Part shown: positions 35,921 to 47,571 of the stretch, in pieces | Position numbering within the stretch: the first letter of the stretch is position 1 | How the letters are laid out: every line of letters begins with the position of its first letter | Source: Massalongia carnosa | Lineage: Eukaryota | Direction of reading: 5' to 3' | Assembly (NCBI GenBank): GCA_965645245.1 | Contig: OZ287076.1 | Location: 992,001-1,056,000 of the forward strand | DNA length: 64,000 bases | The notes under the pieces: generated by a model | Told to the model about the DNA's origin: nothing | The model's input: only the letters and a program-made list of their open reading frames with translations | Databases searched by the model: none | Position numbers and translations under genes: made by a program

Positions 35921-37039
35921 ATGAAGCCAGGATCATTGCGGCCATTTCTTCCTCGCCCAGCCCTCCGGCGGCGACCTCACTTCCACCATCGGAAATTCGC
36001 CGTCCAAATCCCCGGCGCCCCCACCCACCAAGTCTTCGACACCCATACCAAATACTTGCAGCGCGAGCGCGCAGCCTCCGACCCAACCGCCAGTAGAAAA
36101 GTAGATTATCTCCGCGATGAAGTGGCTTCTCGGCTCTGCGATCGCCTTCTCGTATGAAAAAGTTTCGCCTTCAATCCCCCCTCCACCAAGATGGTCTATG
36201 TACCCGACTAATGCTCCTCTCCACAATCGATGCAGGATATAAATCGACACTTCCCTCATGTCCTCGACCTTGATGCTAACGCCTGTAACATCGCCCGCGC
36301 CCTTACCCTCGTCCCCAACCTCAGTGCCCGCGTCGCCTCTCTCACGTCCGCCGACTCGGCACGCACTCTTCTTTACCGCGACGCCGACCTACCCTTCAAT
36401 GCCCTCCTGCCCTCGCACACCCGCACCGTGCTGCCCCTACCAGATACTACCCCACTGCCTTTTCCCCCCGCATCCTTTGCCGCCGTTCTCTCGTCACTCT
36501 CCCTACACTGGATTAACGATCTACCCTCCCTGCTCGCGCAGATCGCATATGTTCTGCAGCCCGATGCTCCATTTCTAGCCGCCATGCTAGGTGGAGACTC
36601 ACTATTCGAACTGCGGACATCATTGCAGCTCGCGGACCTCGATCGCCGCGGCGGCGTTTCCACCCATGTATCCCCGCTGGCCGACGTGAGGGACGTGGGC
36701 GGGCTGTTGACGAAAGCTGGTTTCAAGATGTTGACAGTCGACGTGGACGACATCATCATTGATTACCCTGACACGTTTGCGCTGATGCAGGACTTACAGG
36801 CTATGGGCGAGTCCAACGCAGTACTTGGCCGGGAGATGGGAGGATTGCAGAGGGACGTACTGATAGCCAACGAGGCGATTTATAGGGAATTACACGGCAA
36901 CCATGATGGTAGTTTACCAGCCACGTTTCGCATGATTTTTATGATTGGGTGGACGAAAGGGGAGGGCCAGCCGGAGCCGCTGAAGAGGGGGAGCGGGCAG
37001 GTGAACATAAAGGATATTTTAGAGGGGGAAGGGATTTAG
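35921..37039 (+). CDS. NDUFAF5: Complex I assembly factor NDUFAF5 (SAM-methyltransferase fold)
   Basis: VFD...KYLQRERAA, VDYLRDEVASRLCDRLL|DINRHF, SSLSLHWINDLP, GGDSLFELRTSLQLA, HVSPL, PATFRMIFMIGW. Intron 36152-36235. Confidence 0.92.
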
Positions 37040-37951
37040 GTGAAGATATGGGGTATGAAATATATATTGTACTACGTAGACGACTGATATCTAAAGCCGC
37101 GCACCGTCTCTACAATAGTTCCCAAAACAAATCCCAAAAAAATTCGTGCCTCATAGATTGATGAAATACCAACCTTTTGACTCCGCTATCAGGATAGTGC
37201 CGAGTTTGAATCTCTTCGTCAATATTCCTCTCGATCTCGTATTGTCAGCTAACCGCCGATTCCTCTCTATCAAATCACGCAGGAAGGTTCAACTGTGATC
37301 GATTGTGAGTGAAGATCACTTTGCGGTGCTGTAACCCCCTGCGGTAAGGAGCAGACTTATGCTTTGATAAAGAAAGATTTCGAAATCTCTAACTTCTCGA
37401 AATGTCTCGAAATGTATCAAGTATTTATGACACGATTCTTCAATGGGAGGACTTGCTGAAAACTCGTAAGGTTGGGGAAAAGCCGATTTAGCCTGTGCGC
37501 CGCATCAGTTGTAACAAGCGGTAATGTAGGTTTCTGAACTCCATTGCTCATGGCTCTGATAACGTGAAAGGTCTTGGATGAATCGACGAGCAGGGGCGAT
37601 TGGTTTTGCCAAATCAGTTTAGTAAAATTGTTCTTCTCATCTTCGCTATTCTCTGCCTAACGCATAAGTTTCATTTCCTCCAACGTTGATCACGCTCTGA
37701 GCCTTGAGCGAATCCATAGTATTTAAAATTATAACTGAGATGATGCAGCCAACTTAGGGCATTCATTTCTTCATTAATGCTGCATTGCGTAGCTTCCAGG
37801 ATCCGTTGGATTAGGTATTCCGAAGCTATGGAATAAGATTATTATCCTCTCTACTGATCTTGTGCCTGCCGACCTCGAGATGTTTAGGCTTAAAACTATG
37901 CACATTACATTGTTCGATTTCCAGTGCAATCAGCTCAAGGTATTCTAAACG

Positions 37952-39079
37952 CTAGGGACTATGTCTTATTTTCGATTTTTGCATGAATACGCCATGCATC
38001 CTAGCTACTTCGGGTACGATAAGAGATTCAATCTCCAACTCCCTTTCGGTCGTTGAAATATCATCCTGCGCAATTTCTTCCACTTTGAGGGCTGCTATTG
38101 TAGGTCTCTCTAACAAGCCTGCCAGGGCTGATATACTTTTGATGCGTCTATGCATTGGCACTCGAATCCAGTTTTCTTCGGAGTTAGGAGCGATGAATAC
38201 AACTTCCCACTTTCGTGTCGAGAGGAGATTGCCAATGACTAGATGGTGGGAGTATCGACGGAGTGCTGCTTGTGACTTGGAAACCAACAGCGAGGGATCT
38301 GTTTCGAGCTTGAAGCTGACTATCATTCCTTCCGGCGCCCAACCGTCAACCAGACTTTTCAAGAACTTTGGGACGGGATCTAGATCAATGACAAGCTTCT
38401 TCCCTTGGCTAACTGTATTTTGACTTAAGGGTGTATCAACATCGCTGGTGATATCAGATGATTGGATCTTATGCTCAGCAAGCCGCTCTTTGGGAACGAA
38501 GAAATCTGAAACCGCAGCAGCTAAAAAAAAAAGTCCTGAAGATCCAAGTGGTCTCATCAACGTTGCAAGCTCTTTAAGTTCCCATAGGTACTCGGTGATT
38601 GTGGTGAAAGGAAGCAACAGCAGCAAATTTTCTTTCTTCGCCGCCGTGTACTTCCTCAAAACGTCAAGCATCTTCGTCTGGTACTCTTGTTTCGCTTCAA
38701 CCTCGCCATTTTTCCCTTCTGTTAAGAACTCGAGAAAACAATTGGTCGAATGGCTATAGTGACGCGAATATGGAAGAAGAGAGAATTGCCGGTGGAGAAA
38801 TATGACCGCATAGCTAGCCTCGAGAAAATACTCTGCAGACGTGGCTCCACGAGTCCCAGCGGAAAAGTTGTCAATGAAACGGACAGTCTCATTTTCTAAC
38901 GGCACCGTAGTCCCACCAGATGTAACCAATACAACGCGACGCGTTGCAGCGATATGTTGTGCAATGAATGTTCTAGCAAGGGTGGTATGAGTATGCAAGG
39001 CCTTGGGCGGGGGATTGCAGTCGAAATAGCCTGTTTTTATTTGCGGTTCAGGTGGAGGAGGGTGATAAGACGCCATCAT
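37952..39079 (-). CDS. CAB2: Phosphopantothenate--cysteine ligase (PPCS)
   Basis: [59 protein letters not shown] and VIGNLL. Single exon. Confidence 0.95.
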   Translation of the reverse strand: MMASYHPPPPEPQIKTGYFDCNPPPKALHTHTTLARTFIAQHIAATRRVVLVTSGGTTVPLENETVRFIDNFSAGTRGATSAEYFLEASYAVIFLHRQFSLLPYSRHYSHSTNCFLEFLTEGKNGEVEAKQEYQTKMLDVLRKYTAAKKENLLLLLPFTTITEYLWELKELATLMRPLGSSGLFFLAAAVSDFFVPKERLAEHKIQSSDITSDVDTPLSQNTVSQGKKLVIDLDPVPKFLKSLVDGWAPEGMIVSFKLETDPSLLVSKSQAALRRYSHHLVIGNLLSTRKWEVVFIAPNSEENWIRVPMHRRIKSISALAGLLERPTIAALKVEEIAQDDISTTERELEIESLIVPEVARMHGVFMQKSKIRHSP

Positions 39080-39203
39080 TCCAGGCTCTAGCAAGAGCAC
39101 TCGTCAATAGGTATATTTCTCTCTTCCAGCCGAAGGCTATCATCGGCGGGTGACTTTTTCCAGTTGAAGGCTATATCGATGAATGATTTAGTAGTGCTCT
39201 GTA

Positions 39204-41785
39204 ATCGTCGGCTCGCTTAGTGGGATCCGACTCGGAGGCCGTCGCCTCCTAGTCGGGGAAAGCGATTTGCATCCGGAAAGCGATCTGCATCCATTCAAAC
39301 TGAAATTTTGACCATTTTTCACCTTTTACCCTCAACCACATTGATTTATTGATTCTAAATTTCATACAAAGCTCGAAAGGCATCGTCATCATCAAAGCCG
39401 TCATTAAAATCATCCCTCTGACCCCCCTGACCCCCTTGACCACCCTGACCACCCTGATTATTCTGATCTTCCTGATACCCCGCATACCCCGCATCCCCCT
39501 CATAATTCGAAGCATCTCCCGATTCGAAACCTGGATCGAAAGACACAAAATCATCTCGTAGCCATGCTTCTTCTTCTGGAATGTCCGGAATGTTCGAAAT
39601 GTTCGAAATGCCTCCATTTCTAGCTTCAGTCTCATCTACAATAAATGTGACGTCTTCTTCAACATTAGCACGAGCAGATGCAGATGGATTCTTTCTGGCT
39701 TCTTTTTTCGCTTCCTCAGCTATCCACACCTCATTCGTCGCTTTCCATAATGCCTCGGGGTCAGGAATCTCCTCATACATCTCAACTGAGATGGCACCGA
39801 GCCCTTTCTGCATCTCTTTTAGTCGTTTGACTCGATCCCTTTCTGCTTTTCGAGCAGTCACCCCTTTGACATGAATTTCGTCTCTTTCCGTTCTCCACAA
39901 CTTCATGAAGTTATTATTCTCCTTCTTCTTCTCAATTTCCTGATCTTTTTGTAGCTTCATGGCTATAGCTTGCTTCGCATCTTCAGCGGTTATTCCCAAT
40001 CTTCCGATTTCAGGTCTCAATCTTTTACGAGATATTCGTCTGCTGTTTAGCTGATTCGTTCTTTGCTGCTGATACATTTCAAGCTCCGCTTCTCCGAGTA
40101 TAGACTTCGAAATGATCTCTTTCGTACCAGCTATAAAAGAATCAAATTCCCCTGCTCGGGCGGGATCACTCCATTGCATAGATTCTTGAATTTTTGACCC
40201 CCATTGACGCAATCCATATTCTATGTCGACTATATCCCTAGGTTGAATTTGACGAGGTAGAGGAAGTGAGGGCTGATCAGTCAGATCAGAATTGTTCAGA
40301 CTAGAATTGTCGAGAATGAATTGTTTCAGCTGACGAATGCATGCTTCTAGATTGACCGGCCACATTTCCGAATTTTCAAATGCATGTCGGATTGTAGAAG
40401 CTTTGAATGTCTGGTTTCTAATTTTGATCAAATCCTGAAGAAACCGAGTCAGGGAATACTCGGCAAATGACGATGCAACATTCTCCTCAATAGCCTGTTG
40501 ATGCCAGTGTTTATAGGGCTGAAATACGCCGACATCCAATGGCTGCATGCAATGAGTCAAATGTGGAATTAGTGGGTAGGGACGAATGTGATTTTCATTG
40601 GCCAGAAGTACAAATTCAGGAGTAACGTGACTGCCATGATTATCCATCAGGAGCAATTTCCAATCTGCATTAGGTCCTGCATCCGAATTTTGAATGAGAT
40701 GCTTCAAATATTATCTTATCAGATGTGAAACCACTGTCGGAAGGCACAATACGCGTGCCCACCGGCAAATCCTCCGAAAACCACGTCGCCATGATTTCCT
40801 GACCCTGTATGATGATCATGGGGGGAGGGGGATAGTCGCCAGCAGCATTGATCGTCTCAATGACCGTCGCAGATCTGCGATTCTCCGGGCTGACGGCGTA
40901 GAATTGCTTGATTTCCATAGGAACGTAGATTTCCTGACCCTTCATGCATCCAATTCGAAAACCAGCTTCATCAAAGTTTAGAATGTTTCGTCTTCTTCTG
41001 ATTTTCAATTCTCTCAATACCTCTTTGTAGCCATCAAACCATTTGATCACATCTGATTCTTCAGCGGCTTCAAAGCGAATCATTGGTAATGGTTTGGTCT
41101 TAATCTTGTGTAAATTGCTACGTTTCCACCAAGACCGAAACCATCGTCTTGATGGAGCTTTTAATTTATGAGCCTTTCTCAGACTTACAATTGCATTAAA
41201 AGCCATGTGATGCGTAGGTGGAATTCCATGTATCAATAAGGATTTAATGAATCCATCTAAAGCCCTAGCTTCATGCTCTTTCAGTATCTGATTTTCTCCC
41301 CCTTTTTTTCCCCTTCTTTTTTCTGTCCTTCTTTCGGATGACGACGAACAAAAGACGTCAACGTTTTAACGTTGACATTGTAGATTTTTGACGCAGCAGC
41401 CTTGCTTTCTTCGGGATGATCAATCAGAAATTGCTTCGCTTCTTCCAATCTTTCCATGGGGCTGAGAGTGGAAACCAAGATTGAGGCATTATTTTCCATG
41501 GTATGAAGGGAGGTTGAAAACGTCTTTTCGAAAGTTGCAAATGCGATAATAAAGGATCGGAAATTGAGGGGGGGGGATACTTTTGATGACAACGATGACG
41601 ACGACGATGCTTTCAAGCTTTTTACGATATTAAGTAATGATTGATCAATGTGGTTGAGGGTAAAAGGTGAAAAATGGTCAAAATTTCAGTTTGAATGGAT
41701 GCAAATCGCTTTCCGGATGCAAATCGCTTTCCCCGACTAGGAGGCGACGGCCTCCGAGTCGGATCCCACTAAGCGAGCCGACGAT
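39204..41785 (-). mobile_element. Fot1-like pogo DNA transposon with 142-bp TIRs
   Basis: TA at 39202-39203 and 41786-41787. TIRs 39204-39345 and 41644-41785 differ at one base and each carries two 18-bp repeats GGAAAGCGATYTGCATCC. Confidence 0.95.
39355..41499 (-). pseudogene. Fot1-type DDD transposase with two frameshifts and a low-complexity acidic/Gly-Gln C-terminal tail
   Basis: LNFDEAGF, LLMDNHGSH, QPLDVGVF. Frame breaks near 41300 (in A/G homopolymer runs) and near 40710. Confidence 0.85.
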
Positions 41786-42670
41786 TACTCCGTTGATGAA
41801 CGGTCTTGCTATCGCCGCCCATCGATAGCCCCTGCCATGGATCGGAGCTTTCGGTACGGGTAAGGAGCAAATACCTAAATATACAGAGGTATGTGTGTTG
41901 AATCTGGCTCCTAGTGCCACTGTGAAACTAACCATTTCCTGGATGTGGCAAATAGAAGAAAGGATACAAATCCGACCTTGAAAACCAGTCTTGGAAAGGA
42001 GTAGGATACATCTGGTTTGTGTAGATTGACAACCGCAAACCCCATCTTGTAGATAGCGCCATTTCTCTTTCCCCATGTTTATAAACATTAGAATCTTGGT
42101 CTTTGCGCGCCCTCAATACTATTCAACAATCTCTTACAGTGCCCCAAATCAGCCTTCGCAATAACCTCCTCTGTTCCTCCCTGACTTATTTCCCGAATCC
42201 AAGTCGAAGCAGGTCGACTGTGTTCTTTCGGTAAGTGCACAAGTACTTCGCAAGGTGCCTTTCAGTTACCCTTGATAGCGTTCCTAGTCATTCTTGTTTC
42301 CAAGCCACATTCGCTACCGGACCTACATTGGGTACGGGTAGCACTCATAGTTGATGCTGAACCGCCGATCTTCAGATAGATTTCCAAGCATATTAAACTT
42401 CTCTTCAAAAACGAAAAAGTGGCTGATAATTATATCGAGATAAGATTATCGCTTCTGAGAAGGATCGTGGATTCACCGAGATGGCCAGTGCAAGGGCGTT
42501 TTGAAGCTCCATCTGCAGGATAAAAGCCGCAGCGGATTTTGCGCGGACTTCGGATTCATCTGATGCGTTCAGGTAACATACCACCCAATGATGCTGATTT
42601 TCCCACAGATCTTTGCGGTGTTGCTGACCCTTCGAGAAGACCATATCCTACTCAGTGTCGGTGTCTGACC

Positions 42671-45578
42671 ATGTCAGACCCTCGTCGACGGAAAGCAGAC
42701 AATGAAATAAAAGCGAGCCAGGGTGGTAATGCAAGCGGGGCGATGACCCCTCAAGTCGCCCCACTTCAGCCGCTTCAACCACGAAGCCAGCAACCACATT
42801 CTCCCGCGCCGTTGCGTCCTCAGAATGATCTGTATAACCTGCCTCTGCTCCGTCCACAATCGAAGACATCACAACAACAGCGCTCTGGTAAGATAGCAAT
42901 ACCGCGAATGCACCGAGAACCTGACGGCGCTTCTGCAACTGGATCATCTGGAGTAGGGGAAAAACATCGAGTGAACCACGCATGTGAACCTTGCAGACAT
43001 AGGAAAACAAAATGCAGTGGAGAGCGACCAAGCTGTAAGCATTGCGAGGACTGTCGAATTCGTTGCATCTACGCGGATGGGAAACGCGATAGAACGAGGA
43101 AGTGGGTATGGCTAAGTGGCAAACTCGTCGAAAACTTGACTAATGCCCGGCCAGACAGCTTGGAAACATGGCTGGTAAAGTGAAGGAGTACGAGAGACTG
43201 TTGCAAGACCTGAGTCTGCGCGTTGAAGGAGCAGATCAGATATTGATACGAAAAACGCTGGAACAGGTAAGCGAATCGATCGGTAGATATCTACAAGGAT
43301 CATGATGTATTGATGATGTCAAAAGGAATCCATGCCCGATGAGGAAGAGTTGTCGTCTACCACCAGCTTTCGAGAGCTGGATAAATCGGGAGGATTCTAT
43401 GCTGGAGTTGAGGGTGATCGTGTGTACGAAGGCGACGGCGAGACTCATGCTTCGGCTCGCGCCGGTTCAACCGAGTCGTTGGATCATGTTAACGAGGACT
43501 TTAACCACAGCATTGCCACTCGAGCCACAGGCTTCATGGGTAAGAACTCGGAGTTGACTTGGATGCAACGTTTGAAACATCAAACCGCCTTCGGGTCTGA
43601 TGAGAGCGACGAAGAGGCGCAAACGCAGCCTTTTGCCGACGGGCACACCTCCAGGTCGCTTTATCAAGACATATTTGGCTCACGTATGAATCCTGTCAAT
43701 GAGTCGACATACCACTGTGATGACCTTACAATCCTCCTGCCTGATCTGGTCGATCCCCACGAAATCCCCCCGCGGCAAACCTCCGATGCGCTTTTCCACA
43801 TTTACTTGGACACCGTTTATCCTGCTTTCCCCATCATTGGGAAAACCAACTTCACCAACCAGTACCAAAGATTCTTTGATACCCCAAGAATCAAAACTGG
43901 CGACAATTGGCTGGCAATCTTGAACTTGATCTTCGCCATAGGTGCTAGGTATTCCCACCTTGTACGAGCCGAATGGCGAGGCGACGAAAGAGACCACCTT
44001 ATATATTTCACGCGAGCTCGAATGCTAGGTTTCAATTCCGAATCCGTGTTGGGTCATGCAGATTTGCAACGTGTGCAGATCACAGGCTTAATGTCCTTCT
44101 ATCTTCTATCCATCAATCAAATAAACCGGTGCGTCCCATCGCCAAACGTCTCCTTCTCATGTAAAGCAAACCGCGTCTAACAGGTGATGTCTAGAGCATG
44201 GGCCATCAGTGGTATCGCTATTCGACAAGCGTACACTCTCGGTTTGAATTTACAGAATGAAAGCAAGAATGTCAACGACTCGTCCAAGGAAGTTAGATAT
44301 CGAGTTTGGTGGGCTTTGTGCTCAACTGAGCGCTTGCTCGCCGTGATGACTGGTCGTCCAACGTCGATTGTGGAAACTGACTGCTCTGTTCCTTTGCCGC
44401 TCCCCTTGGATGAGGAATCGTTCTTCTCGGTGAAGCCGTCAACCTTTAACAGCCATACCATTCAGTTGCTTCGGCGCTATTCTAGTCAGGATTCACCAAT
44501 CACTGACAACGTGGCATCTACACCCTCTTCAACACATTCTAGCAAAACGAGGACCTCTCCTACCGATCGGTTCTCTCCTGTCTCTCAGCAGTCAAGCTTG
44601 GACCATAGCCAAGTTGTAAATCCGTGTTATGCGTTATACTTTCTGCACCATACGAAATTAAGCATCGTCACTAGCGAGGTTCTAAACCGGCTTTATCGCG
44701 TGGGTACCATGTCTCTATCCTGGGCACAAATCCAAGCCATTATCACCTCTCTTGAAGGCAAGGTTGACAGGTGGCGCATCACCTTGCCTTCAGTTTTTGA
44801 CTTCACCAAGCGACAGCGAGACCAACAATTCCATCGACAACGCGTAAGTCTTGGTTTCTTTTACTATAGTACTTTAATCATTGTTAGTCGTCCTTGTCTT
44901 TGCATGGTAAACCGAAGGATTCCAAATCAGTCAACAAAGAGCAAGGAATTCAATCGAGCTACCGCGGCAAAGTGCGTATACGCAGCTCGAGACATGCTTG
45001 AGCTATTACCAGACGAGCCGAATTCGATTGGTCTTTACAAAGTTGCCCCTTGGTGGTGTCTTGTGCATCATCTAGTGCAAGCTGTAACAGTCCTGATGCT
45101 TGAAGTATCGTACCGGTCAGACCATTTACCTCACGAAGTAGAGCAAATCTTGGATTCAGCCAAAAAGGCCGTACATTGGCTTCGAAGCATGTCGGAAGAC
45201 GACTTAGCTGCCTCGCGTGCCTGGAGAATGTGTGACGATATGCTACGCAAAGTAGCCCCCAAGGTTGGAAGATCCGTAGATGATCTACCGACAAATTCAT
45301 CTTTGCGCCCACAGACTCCTCTAGATGGTATGCATGGCCATATGGTAACTGCGGAGGACCAACATGGGATAGATAGCATGGAGCCATACAATTACCTTAT
45401 GAACTACACCTACGATCAAAATCAAGGGAACCATGAAGCCCTAGGCAGTATAGATAATTCCAATTTTATGCACCAGCCAGATCAACAAACCGAGAATCAA
45501 TTCTTCCCGCCCTACACATTCCCGTACTATGATGGGTACCTTGCCGCGCAGACAAGCAACCCAGGTCCTCCTTTATAG
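42671..45578 (+). CDS. Zn(II)2Cys6 transcription factor with fungal-specific TF middle domain
   Basis: ACEPCRHRKTKCSGERPSCKHCEDCRIRCIY, then YLDTVYPAFPII, A.TLGLNL and RYRVWWALCSTERLLAVMTGRP. Three introns (~43101-43154, 43267-43325, 44129-44194). Confidence 0.92.
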
Positions 45579-47037
45579 TCTGAATCCTTCCCCGCGGATG
45601 AGATGGACACTGGAAGGTTTCAGGCAAAACCCATCAGTCTGCGATGCAGACATGCTACAAGACTTGCATACGAGACTTCTATCATAGTACAGAAAGCTAT
45701 CGTTATTTTTCTACCCCTAGGTGTTCGCAGGTCCTTTGGGTGGCCGATGTCCCTTATCTGTCACCGGCATAGTGTTCCTTACGAGATACCCCCTTTGCTT
45801 ATCGAGGCATTTCCTTTACTTTTCGTTTAATCAGCATGTTTCGGTTTACGCTTATCACTTCGAGTCACACGCCTGCCGCTGAACATTCTGACTCTCACCA
45901 TGGGATACGATATCGCTGCGTTGGAATCTCTTTATTTTCACGCGATGAGGACAAAAGTTCTTGAGTTAAGAGTGCTCGGTTAAGGCAAGGGGCTGGTAGT
46001 CTAAAGGTTAGCAGGGCATACATATTTCCCTTTCCGAGTTCATAGCTTCCAGCCATGTATCTACTTCAATAGATGGACGCTTCGACCTCTCCGAAACACC
46101 CTTGCTAATACCTAAAGCGGAAGATACACTATGTTATCAAAAATTATGGGGATATGAATCTTTCTGGGAGGAGGTAGAGGAGTATCATCATCCATCCTTT
46201 GTAGGATACGGAAAAAGCGTAAAGTCGACCCGCATTTTGTTTGCTCCGCTCGTATTTATCCCCCTCATCAACATCAACTCGTTGGTGGCTTGCTACAATA
46301 GAGGGACTTGGTCTTCCACTTCCTTTCTTCATCATTTCCGTACTCCTAAATCCCATCTCCATCCCGTCTACCGTCAATGTGTCTGCAACTCATACTATCT
46401 GAGTTTTTTCTTACAAGTAGGTATGTGCCTTTCGTGATAGTGATTGTGCCGTTTGCTGGAAATTGTGAGGTTTTATAATCAATTAGTTTGAACGAAGGAG
46501 TCAAAAAAGTCATGTTATACTAAAAGTATTTCCCAACTATTTATTGGGTGATACCGGGAAGGTCTAGAAAATGTTCATGCGTAATAAATTGAATAGAGGA
46601 GGGTGCTTGCGGAAGATATCGACTTTGGGAAAACTCCCCGGTAACCCTAACCGCATTCGCCACCTTTGAAAGCCTATAAACTCGGAAGGATTGATGTCAA
46701 TTGTTCCCAGAGAATCATTTGGAGCAAGGAACCAAATAAAAGACACTGGAAATGGATGGTGACGTGTTTCGAAGCTTGAATATCGAACGTGAGCTGACCG
46801 TACCATGGAGCAGAAATGGAAGATATGCAATGAAGGCAGGTGATCAAGAAAATTCCAATGTATCAGGGGGATAGGTAAACGGCTGACTTCGAGAGTCAAG
46901 CGTTACTACTCGACTTTTGACTCTTCTCGTCAGTGTTAATACAACAATGCCGGAAAGCGACGAATAGATAATAGAAAACTAGCCCTCATTTGAGATGCCT
47001 TCTCGTCGTAATCGGAAGTCCTACATGGCACGACTTT

Positions 47038-47571
47038 TCATCTCGACGGTCTCCTTGACTCATCCTCGCCGGCACTCCCTGGCTTTTTCTGCTTCTCGTC
47101 TTTCCTCGCCAGCGTCGAAGCTAACCACTCCTCAAATTCCTCCTCCGCGTCCTTGACACTCCCCTCAAACCCCAACGAACCCCTCAGCTTTGTTCTTAAA
47201 TCGTCCATGGTTGAAATATCAAACGCCCACAGCATTCCCCCTGTCATCATCATCGCGAGACTGGCGACATTGATGGTAGCGATGTTGAGAGCTTCAAACG
47301 CTTCCATGCCGCCGTTGAATTGCAACGAGGGCCGATTCGACGGTTGGTAGAACCGCGGGACGGACGCTTTGTAGCGCCGGACGAGCGAGCGGCGGGTTAT
47401 GTATGTAGAAAGGCCGAAGAAGGCGGCGCCGGCGAAGAAGATGGAGAGCTGTTTACGGGATCGTGGCGCGAAGATTGAGGAGGGAGAGAGGGGTCTTGGT
47501 TGGGGGGATGAAGGTTGTGAAGAGGTAGAGTCGGACATAGCTTCGATTGAAGGTTTCTGAAGGAATGCCAT
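47038..47571 (-). CDS. AIM11: Altered inheritance of mitochondria protein 11-like membrane protein
   Basis: RKQLSIFFAGAAFFGLSTYITRRS, PRFYQPSN and AFEALNIATINVAS...GGMLWAFDI, with two hydrophobic segments. Confidence 0.7.
   Translation of the reverse strand: MAFLQKPSIEAMSDSTSSQPSSPQPRPLSPSSIFAPRSRKQLSIFFAGAAFFGLSTYITRRSLVRRYKASVPRFYQPSNRPSLQFNGGMEAFEALNIATINVASLAMMMTGGMLWAFDISTMDDLRTKLRGSLGFEGSVKDAEEEFEEWLASTLARKDEKQKKPGSAGEDESRRPSR

Noticed and set aside
31644..45578. Secondary-metabolite cluster made of NRPS-like + methyltransferase + CAB2 + Zn2Cys6 TF
   Set aside because: The methyltransferase-fold gene is the housekeeping NDUFAF5 and CAB2 is core CoA synthesis. Nothing beyond proximity links them.
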